Assembly (NCBI GenBank): GCA_051985455.1
Contig: JBPYEI010000048.1
Coordinates: 19,340 to 83,339 of the forward strand
Reading direction: 5' to 3'
DNA length: 64,000 bases
Source of the DNA: Acidimicrobiales bacterium
GTDB lineage: Bacteria; Actinomycetota; Acidimicrobiia; Acidimicrobiales; AC-9
Positions 52,655 through 59,696 of this stretch are shown in pieces. The first letter of the stretch is position 1. Each line of letters begins with the position of its first letter. Under the pieces are notes generated by a model. That model was not told the origin of the DNA. It searched no databases and saw nothing but the letters and a program-made list of their open reading frames with translations. The position numbers and the translations under genes were made by a program.

Positions 52655-52728
52655 TGGAGACGACGGGATTCGAACCGACGTTTCTCCTGCCGAAACAGGC
52701 GCTCTAACCGGACCTGAGCTACGTCCCC
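52655..52728 (-). tRNA. Atypical tRNA-like gene: Ala-type acceptor stem (G3-U70, A73), non-canonical anticodon arm, weak T stem; isotype undetermined
   Basis: Minus strand: GGGGACG TA GCTC AGGTCCGGTTA GAGC G CCTG TTTCGG CAGG AGAAAC GTCGG TTCGAAT CCCGT CGTCTCC A. The acceptor arm, D arm and T loop are canonical. The anticodon arm forms only 4 bp closing a 6-nt loop. T-stem pairs are G-U, U-G, C-C, G-C, G-C. No CCA is encoded. Confidence 0.6.
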
Positions 52729-52871
52729 AAAGGATTCACTGTACCGCCGCTGCCTTTGATCCCTGGAGCCTCCCCCCTTTTGTCGCTCACCGACGCTCCT
52801 CACGTCGACTGGTGTCGCGGAGTTGGGATGGTACGCCAGTCTTGCCCGACCCGCAACGAGTACCCTGAATC

Positions 52872-54251
52872 GTGGCCCGTCTTCCTGTTCGGTTGGTCGG
52901 TGACGGGGTGGCGGTGCCCTGTGTCGATGGGCAGGAGCGGCCGTACATCTGTCTCGATGGCGCGGCCTCCACGGCCCCGATGCCCGCCGTGGCCGAGCGA
53001 GTGGCGGAGTTCCTGCCCTGGTACGGCAGCATCCACCGCGCCTCGGGATACAAGTCGAGAGTGGCCACGATGGCCTACGAGGATGCCCGTGCCGACGCGT
53101 TGGCGTTCGCCGGCAAGGCGGATACCTCGCACCTGGCCATCATCTGTCGCAACACGACCGACGCCATCAACCTCCTCGCCTACCGTCTGCGCTTGCGTCA
53201 GCAGGACGTCGTGGTCACGACGGTCGTCGAGCATCACGCCAACCTTCTGCCGTGGGGGCGGGTCGCCCGCCGCCGGTTCGTCGAGTGCGGACCCGAGGGC
53301 ACCTTCTCGGTCGGCGAGGTGTGCGCCGCGCTCGACGAGCGGCCGACGCCGCGTCTGCTGGCCGTCACCGGCGCCTCGAATGTCACCGGTTGGTTGCCGC
53401 CGCTCGACCTGATCCTCGATGCTGCCCACCAACGCGGCATCCCCGTCCTGGTGGACGCTGCCCAGCTCGCCCCGCACGTACCTCTGCCCGCCAACGCCGA
53501 CTTCCTGGCCTGGAGCGGCCACAAGATGTACGCGCCTTACGGCGCCGGCGTGCTGACCGGGCCCCGCGCCGTGTTCGACCAGGGCGAGCCGTTCCTGTTC
53601 GGGGGCGGAGCTGTCGACCTCGTCGACCTCGACGAGGTGGAGTGGACCGACCCCCCGGAGCGAGAAGAGGCCGGCTCCCCCAACGTCGTCGGTGCCGTGG
53701 CCATGGCCACGGCCATGCGGGAGCTCTCCGATATCGGCTGGCCCGCCATCCGGGAGCACGAGCAGGCCCTCGCCCAGCAGCTGCGGACCGGGCTGGCCGC
53801 CGTTCCGGGGGTGACGCTGCTGGGGCCGGCACTGCCGACCCCGACCCTCGCCGTGGCGAGCTTCGTCGTCGAGGAGGTCCCCCACGCCCTGGTCGCCGCA
53901 CGGTTGGCGGCGGAGTACGGCATCGGTGTGCGCCACGGATGCTTCTGCGCTCACCCGTACCTCATCCGACTGCTGGGCCTGTCGCACGACGAGCAAGCCC
54001 TCTACCGCCAGCATGTGCGCCAAGGTGATCGGCGTGTCATCCCGGGCGCCGTCAGGGCGAGCGCGACGATCTCGACGACGGCGGAGGAGGTCGAATTGTT
54101 CCTCGACGCCGTCGCCGACATCGCCAGTGGCAAACCCTCAGTGGTGCCCTTCGCCCAGGACGAGCACACCGGCGATTACTGGCCCGCGCTCGACATGCCG
54201 GGGTGGTCGGCCGCCGATCGCATCTTGGGCGCCAGCTGTGGCCGGGGCTGA
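52872..54251 (+). CDS. Class-V aminotransferase-fold PLP enzyme (cysteine desulfurase/selenocysteine lyase-like)
   Basis: 459 aa with VVTTVVEHHANLLPW and the PLP-Lys motif AWSGHKMYAPYGAGVL. It is divergent from the tRNA-like gene and alaS. Confidence 0.85.
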   Translation: MARLPVRLVGDGVAVPCVDGQERPYICLDGAASTAPMPAVAERVAEFLPWYGSIHRASGYKSRVATMAYEDARADALAFAGKADTSHLAIICRNTTDAINLLAYRLRLRQQDVVVTTVVEHHANLLPWGRVARRRFVECGPEGTFSVGEVCAALDERPTPRLLAVTGASNVTGWLPPLDLILDAAHQRGIPVLVDAAQLAPHVPLPANADFLAWSGHKMYAPYGAGVLTGPRAVFDQGEPFLFGGGAVDLVDLDEVEWTDPPEREEAGSPNVVGAVAMATAMRELSDIGWPAIREHEQALAQQLRTGLAAVPGVTLLGPALPTPTLAVASFVVEEVPHALVAARLAAEYGIGVRHGCFCAHPYLIRLLGLSHDEQALYRQHVRQGDRRVIPGAVRASATISTTAEEVELFLDAVADIASGKPSVVPFAQDEHTGDYWPALDMPGWSAADRILGASCGRG

Positions 54252-54402
54252 GGCCCGATTGCGTCCCAAATGGGGGTGCCCTTCCCGGAGGTGAGCAAGA
54301 GGGCGTATCCTGCAACCACCAGAAGACTGCCGCAGGTGGTGCAGCGATGTCGCTGGGGCTTCGGGCTCCGCCTTGTCGGTCGGCGTAAAGGGGGAGGGAC
54401 GC

Positions 54403-55569
54403 ATGAGCGACACCTCGCAAGGTGGCGGTTGGTGGTTGGCCTGGGACGGCAAGTGGTATCCGCCGGAGAGTCGGCCCGTCTCCCCGCCTCCCGCGTCACA
54501 CACGACGCCGAACGGGGATCAGGCGGCACCGCCGGCTGATACCACCGACGGCCGCGGGGGCGTGCAGACGAAGACCAAGCCGGCCAAGTCCAAGGAACGC
54601 GCAACGCAGCGGAGGGCGAAGCCGGAGGTCACGCCGGCTGCCGCGGTCACTCCGCTCATGCAGGCGGCGGTGGCCCGGTGGGGCCGGGAGTCCGCCAGTC
54701 CGTTCCTGCTGGGCGAGGACCGCGTCGTCGTCCGTCTGGCGGGCGCGGCCGTCGCCGGTTACGTGCGTCGGGGACGCTGGGCCGTCCTGGCCACCGACGT
54801 GGCCGCGCCTCCCTGGGCGCGAGAGCGAGTCCTCGACGAGCTGCTGGCGCGCCTGAAGCAGGATCGCCTGCGCCCCGTGTTCACCTGTGTCGCCGAATCC
54901 GAGCCCTACGAGAACCGGGGCATGTACGCCATGCCAATCGCAGAGGATGCCGTGATCCCGCTGAGCGACTTCAACCTCAAGGGCAAGCGGATGTCCAATA
55001 TCCGTCACAGTGTGAGCGCGGCCAAGCGGGCCGGCCTCACGATGGTTCCCTGGTCCAATGACCTGGCCGAGGGCGTGGCCGAGGTCTCCAGGGCCTGGCT
55101 GTCCACCAAGCACGGCGGGGAGATGGGCTTCACCCTCGGTCGCTTCGACCCCGAGGAGATCGCCTCCACCGACTGTCGGGTGGCTTTGAACTCAGAGGGC
55201 AAGCCGGTGGGCTTCGTCACCTGGCACCACCACGACGGTGGGCGCGGCCGGGTGCTCGACATCATGCGTCGATCTCCGGAGGCGCCAAATCCCACGATCG
55301 ACTTCCTCATCGCCGAGAGCCTGGTCGGTTTCGCCGAGGCCGGACTGCGTGAGGGCAGCTTGGCCTGCGTGCCCCTCTCGAGGGGCAAGATGGCCGAGCG
55401 GTTGTACCCGACGCGGTCGCTGCGGCGGTACAAGGACAAGTTCAACCCCACCTGGGAGCCCCGATGGTTGGTCGTGCCGAGCCGAATGCATCTCCCAGGC
55501 GGTCTGGCGGCCGTTGCCCGCAGTTACATCCCGGGGGGCCTGCGACAGGCCATCCGCGGCAGCTCCTGA
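54403..55569 (+). CDS. Soluble DUF2156 protein (MprF/LysX C-terminal aminoacyl-tRNA-dependent transferase domain) with a W-rich N-motif
   Basis: ATG 54403 follows GGGGGAGGG. The N-terminus GGGWWLAWDGKWYPP is followed by a Pro/Lys-rich linker. The domain has KGKRMSNIRHSVSAAKRAGL, GRGRVLDIMRRSPEAPNPTIDFLIAE and LRRYKDKFNPTWEPRWLVVP, the FK-x-KF-x-P-x-W-x-PRY signature of aminoacyl-PG synthase domains. No TM helices. Confidence 0.85.
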   Translation: MSDTSQGGGWWLAWDGKWYPPESRPVSPPPASHTTPNGDQAAPPADTTDGRGGVQTKTKPAKSKERATQRRAKPEVTPAAAVTPLMQAAVARWGRESASPFLLGEDRVVVRLAGAAVAGYVRRGRWAVLATDVAAPPWARERVLDELLARLKQDRLRPVFTCVAESEPYENRGMYAMPIAEDAVIPLSDFNLKGKRMSNIRHSVSAAKRAGLTMVPWSNDLAEGVAEVSRAWLSTKHGGEMGFTLGRFDPEEIASTDCRVALNSEGKPVGFVTWHHHDGGRGRVLDIMRRSPEAPNPTIDFLIAESLVGFAEAGLREGSLACVPLSRGKMAERLYPTRSLRRYKDKFNPTWEPRWLVVPSRMHLPGGLAAVARSYIPGGLRQAIRGSS

Positions 55570-55581
55570 GGGGTCCGCTCG

Positions 55582-57132
55582 ATGTCTGCTCAACCGCCCG
55601 AGGTCGGAGCGGCACCCGGGGCGGCGCCGCCGACGATCGTAGGTTCGCCTACCCCGCAGGTCGGCCCGCCTCGAGCCTCCCGGCGGCGGTTCTGGCCGAC
55701 CGGCTTTCGGTTCCATCCGCCGCTCATCACCGTGATAGCCATCGCCGGCGTCGTCTCCACCGCGGTACGGACGGGGGTGTTCCACCACAACATCGCTCAG
55801 ACCGTCGTCTACCAGTACGGGTACGACGGCCGGCAGATCCAGGCCGGGCACTGGTCAACGCTGTTCACCAGCCAGCTGCTGACCCGCAACAGCTTCATGA
55901 CTGCCTCGATCTGCCTGTCGCTGCTCGTGTTTCTGGGCGCGTACGAGGCGCTGGCAGGCAGCTGGCGTGCGGCAATCGTGCTCGTCGTGTGCAGCGTGGC
56001 CGGACTTCTCATCGTCCAGGTCGCGCTGGGGCTGGGCAACGTGCTCGGGAGCACGTGGGCGGAGAAGGAGGTGGGCGTCCTCGACTTCGGTGCCTCTGCC
56101 ATCACTGCGGGCGCGGGGGGAGCTGTGGTCGCTCTGCTGCGGTGGCGATGGCTCCGCGTGGTTGGGGTCCTCATCATCCTCAGCGGCCTCGTAGTCCACA
56201 ACCAGCTGGCCGACTGGGAGCACCTAGTCGCCTTCAGCTCCGGCTACGGGCTGGGTCTGATCCTCGGGCCCAAGCCGGATGTCGCCAGCGTGGAGACCGG
56301 GGCCCGACAGTGGGGGTCCCCGTTTCTGTGGGCACTGATTGCGCCCGCGGCCGTGATCGGTGTCTTCGGAGCCGGCGCTTTCGTCCCCTCGAACGCGGGG
56401 ACCAACTCCGCCCAGGTGATCGACACGACCTACCCGTCGGCGGCGCTACACGCGAACCGGCGCGTCCTGGTCGTCCTGCCGAAGGGTTACGGGCAATCGA
56501 ACCAGCGCTACCCCGTTGTCCAGCTGCTGCAGGGTACCGGCGGTCTCGACGAGGTGGTCGGCTCTCTGAACGTTCCCCAGCTCTCCACCCAGTCGAAGAC
56601 CCCGTTCATCGCTGTGGCCCCTGACGGGACCGGACCGGTGGTCAGTGAGAGCGACTTCGCCAACACCAGCCGCCAGCCGATGGGCACGGCGACTGGGCCA
56701 GAGCTCCGCCAGTGGGTCGACTCGCACTACGCGACCAACGGGACCTGGTACGTCACAGGGCTCTCCGAGGGCGGCAATGGTGCCGCGTACCTGCCGACCC
56801 TCTCTCCCGGTGCCTACCAGGCGACGTGCCCCATGAGCGCCTTCTTCACCGCCCAGTCCCCTGCCTTCGATGGCCAGTCTGCAGCCGTAAAGCAGGCCGG
56901 ATCGCCGATCCTCCACGTCTCGAAGACGGGCCCGCGCACCTTGCTCATCTCCGGGGCGAGCGATCGGGAGCTGGTCGACGCGGCCCATCAGTACACCGCA
57001 GCGATGAACAAGGTCGGGCAACCGAACAACGGCCTGATCCTCAATCCGGGCGGGCACGAGCTGCCGGTCTGGACGCTGGGGATCAAGCAGTGCCTGGGGT
57101 ACTTCCTCCCGACCTCGGGGTTGGGCAAGTAG
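55582..57132 (+). CDS. Fusion: ~7-TM rhomboid-like membrane domain + C-terminal alpha/beta-hydrolase (esterase) domain
   Basis: The membrane half carries HWSTLFTSQLL, a GASAITAGAGG (GxSx) helix and a WEHLVAFSSGYGLG (H...G) helix. The C-half has RRVLVVLPKGYGQSNQRYPVVQLLQG and a nucleophile elbow GLSEGG (GxSxG). The rhomboid assignment is by eye. Confidence 0.75.
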   Translation: MSAQPPEVGAAPGAAPPTIVGSPTPQVGPPRASRRRFWPTGFRFHPPLITVIAIAGVVSTAVRTGVFHHNIAQTVVYQYGYDGRQIQAGHWSTLFTSQLLTRNSFMTASICLSLLVFLGAYEALAGSWRAAIVLVVCSVAGLLIVQVALGLGNVLGSTWAEKEVGVLDFGASAITAGAGGAVVALLRWRWLRVVGVLIILSGLVVHNQLADWEHLVAFSSGYGLGLILGPKPDVASVETGARQWGSPFLWALIAPAAVIGVFGAGAFVPSNAGTNSAQVIDTTYPSAALHANRRVLVVLPKGYGQSNQRYPVVQLLQGTGGLDEVVGSLNVPQLSTQSKTPFIAVAPDGTGPVVSESDFANTSRQPMGTATGPELRQWVDSHYATNGTWYVTGLSEGGNGAAYLPTLSPGAYQATCPMSAFFTAQSPAFDGQSAAVKQAGSPILHVSKTGPRTLLISGASDRELVDAAHQYTAAMNKVGQPNNGLILNPGGHELPVWTLGIKQCLGYFLPTSGLGK

Positions 57133-57189
57133 CAGACCCCGATCAAGCCTTCCACTCCATAGCGCGTAGGCAGAGACGACGATGCTGGG

Positions 57190-57543
57190 CTACTTGCCGT
57201 ACCCGATGATCCCCCACCAGTCGATGAGGACGACGGGCTCGTCGCCCACGACCCAGCCGTCGTGCGGTGTCGGCAGGGCGACGACGTCGCCGGGATAGCA
57301 GTCGAACTCTGTCCCGTCGGCGAGCAGGATGTGGTGCACGCCGGAGACGTGGTACTGGAAGTGCGGCGCCATGCACCAGTCGGTGCCCGCCTTCGGCTTC
57401 ACGTGCTCGGCCCACCGCCACCCGGGCTCGAACGTGAGGCGACCGATCTCGGCCCCGCCGACGTTGATGACCTCGACCTTTCCCTTCTCGAAGGTACGGA
57501 CCTCATCGGGCTTGTCGAAGGACGCTTGCTCAGCCCCTAGCAC
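57190..57543 (-). CDS. Cupin-domain protein
   Basis: GTG 57543 lies 5 nt after GAGAGGAG. A small beta-barrel sequence: ...GRLTFEPGWRWAEHVKP...HFQYHVSGVHHILLADG.... The ORF-track TTG start at 57588 is possible. Confidence 0.75.
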   Translation of the reverse strand: MLGAEQASFDKPDEVRTFEKGKVEVINVGGAEIGRLTFEPGWRWAEHVKPKAGTDWCMAPHFQYHVSGVHHILLADGTEFDCYPGDVVALPTPHDGWVVGDEPVVLIDWWGIIGYGK

Positions 57544-57614
57544 CGGCGCTCCTCTCTTCTGAAACCGGCCCCCCGTTGGCACCGGCAACCTGCCACAACC
57601 ACCTTAAACCGGGA

Positions 57615-58148
57615 TCACCGATCCTGCCGGGCGCCCGTGCCCGCCGCTTCGTGCTCCCCACCGGCTCGGGCCGCCCTCTCCAGCTGGAGCAGGTAGCGCT
57701 TGCGATCGAGACCGCCTCCGTACCCGACCAGACGGCCGTCGGCGCCGATCACCCGATGGCACGGGACGATGATGGCGATGGGGTTGCGGCCGTTGGCCAG
57801 CCCGACGGCGCGAGCCGCGCCCGGCCGGCCGATGGACGCCGCTACCTCCCCGTAGCTGGCGGTAGCGCCGTAGGGGATGTGACGCAGCGCGTCCCACACC
57901 TCCAGCTGGAAGGACGTTCCTTGCGGCGCCAATGGCAGATCGAAGGAGGTACGAGCTCCCTCGAAATACTCGGCCAGCTGCGCGCGAATGGCGGGGAACG
58001 CGCCGTCGTCTCGGCGATGCCCGTTGGCGGGCAGGGCCGGTCGGCCATCGCTGTCGGGAAGGCGGAGCGCGGCCAGGCGACGGCCGTCGCCGGTCAACAC
58101 CAGATCGCCAACGGGGCTCGAGGTGATCGTCCAGATGGTCTCAGGCAT
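57615..58148 (-). CDS. ogt: Methylated-DNA--protein-cysteine methyltransferase
   Basis: From ATG 58148: MPETIWTITSSPVGDLVL...; active site IIVPCHRVIG. It overlaps the upstream gene by 8 nt. Confidence 0.9.
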   Translation of the reverse strand: MPETIWTITSSPVGDLVLTGDGRRLAALRLPDSDGRPALPANGHRRDDGAFPAIRAQLAEYFEGARTSFDLPLAPQGTSFQLEVWDALRHIPYGATASYGEVAASIGRPGAARAVGLANGRNPIAIIVPCHRVIGADGRLVGYGGGLDRKRYLLQLERAARAGGEHEAAGTGARQDR

Positions 58149-59610
58149 CGGTGTCCTTTCTGCCAGATGAAGGGTGCAGGTTCGCCCAGAGGTGTTGCAG
58201 GGCGTACGAGCGCCAGGGTCGCCATCGCTGGGCGTGCCGTCGCAAGGCGCTGGGCGCCGACGGGAGGCGCAGACGGCGACACGCCCGGCGGGTCCCGGCG
58301 TCGGTCTCCAACAGGACGTCCGGATCGCCGAGCGCCCGCATGGCCACATAGTCCGCCGTCCACGGTCCGATGCCCGGCTGGTCGAGGAGACGACGCCTCG
58401 CCACTTCGCGGTCGGCGCCAGGGTCGAGTGAGAGCGCTCCCGTGTCGAGCGATCGAGCCAGCGCGACCACGGCGCGACCGCGCGCCGCGGGAAGGCCGAG
58501 CGAGGAGGGATCAGCTTCGGCGAGGGTGCCAGGCTCAGGAAACAGGTGGGTGAGGGCTCCATCGGGCGCCGTCAAGGGCTTGCCCAGCCGCGCCACCAGC
58601 GCGGCGGTCAACGTGCGGGCCCCCGATACAGAGATCTGCTGACCGATGACGGCCCGCACGGCGATCTCGGCGCCGTCCACGGCGCGGGCGATGCGCAGTC
58701 CGGGCCGCTGGGCGACGAGCGGAGCGAGCACTGGGTCGGCGGCGAGGACCTCGTCGACGGCCGTCGGATCGGCGTCGAGGTCCAGGAGCCGTCGACAGCG
58801 CTGCACGGCCGGGGCGAGATCGCGCCAGTCGTCCAGCTGGAGCCGGCAGCGGATGTGGTCGCCGCCGTCGCCGAGCACCACGACCCCTGCACCGTGGGGC
58901 AGCCGGAGAGTCCGTCGGTACGTGCCGGCGACGCCCTCTTCGACTCCCGGCACCGCCCTGGCCGCCAGGAACCCGAGAAGTCCAGCCCCGTGGAACGGCT
59001 GTCGAAACGACAGTCTCAGGGACACGCCGCCCGATGGCTCGCGCTGTCGTCTCTTGTGTTGGCGGAGGTGTGTCGGCGTGCTGGCGAAGACGGCCCCGAT
59101 CGTGTCATTGAACTGCCGGATGCTGGCGAACCCGGACGCGAAGGCCACGTGGGCGAAGCCGAGATCGGTCGTCTCGATGAGCAGGCGCGCCGTGTGGGCC
59201 CGCTGGGCTCGGGCCAGCGCCAGAGGCGCGGCGCCCACCTCTGCGACCAGCACACGGTTGAGGTGCCGCTCGCTGTAGCTGAGCCGACCGGCGAGGCCGG
59301 TGACGCCCTCCCTGTCGACGATCCCGTCTGCGATGAGGCGCATCGCCCGGGCCACGAGGTCGGCCCGGCCGTTCCACTCCGGTGAGCCTGGGGTGGCGTC
59401 GGGTCGGCAGCGCTTGCAGGCGCGGAAGCCCGTCAGCTGGGCTGCCGCGGCACTGGCGAAGAAGCGGACGTTCGACCGCTTCGGAGTAAGCGCCGGACAG
59501 CTCGGACGGCAGTAGATCCCGGTCGTGGTGACGGCAGTGAAGAACCAGCCGTCGAAGCGGGCGTCGCGGCTCTTGACGCCTCGATAGCACTGGTCGAACT
59601 CGGGAAGCAC
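58141..59610 (-). CDS. Ada-like regulator fused to AlkA (Zn methylphosphotriester domain, AraC HTH, DNA-3-methyladenine glycosylase II)
   Basis: Contains FFTAVTTTGIYCRPSCP...FRACKRCRP (Ada Zn-Cys4), an AraC-type HTH, then an HhH-GPD glycosylase half. GTG 59610 is proposed. The longer ORF to 59811 overlaps the phospholipase C gene. Confidence 0.85.
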   Translation of the reverse strand: MLPEFDQCYRGVKSRDARFDGWFFTAVTTTGIYCRPSCPALTPKRSNVRFFASAAAAQLTGFRACKRCRPDATPGSPEWNGRADLVARAMRLIADGIVDREGVTGLAGRLSYSERHLNRVLVAEVGAAPLALARAQRAHTARLLIETTDLGFAHVAFASGFASIRQFNDTIGAVFASTPTHLRQHKRRQREPSGGVSLRLSFRQPFHGAGLLGFLAARAVPGVEEGVAGTYRRTLRLPHGAGVVVLGDGGDHIRCRLQLDDWRDLAPAVQRCRRLLDLDADPTAVDEVLAADPVLAPLVAQRPGLRIARAVDGAEIAVRAVIGQQISVSGARTLTAALVARLGKPLTAPDGALTHLFPEPGTLAEADPSSLGLPAARGRAVVALARSLDTGALSLDPGADREVARRRLLDQPGIGPWTADYVAMRALGDPDVLLETDAGTRRACRRLRLPSAPSALRRHAQRWRPWRSYALQHLWANLHPSSGRKDTDA

Positions 59611-59696
59611 CCCTGCAGCGTGACAGGGGCGGCCGTGGCCGGCTAGCGGAAATCGGACATCTAGGCGGACCGGCAAGCTGACCTGCGGGTGCCGCG

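Noticed and set aside
52655-52728. Reading the G3-U70 element as the tRNA-like domain of tmRNA
   Set aside because: tmRNA lacks a normal D arm and carries about 300 nt, including a tag ORF, between its acceptor halves. Here a complete D arm and a contiguous 74-nt cloverleaf-like layout are present.
52612-52803. 63-aa minus-strand ORF
   Set aside because: It is fully explained by the tRNA-like gene it overlaps, and it has a low-GC, non-coding-like composition.
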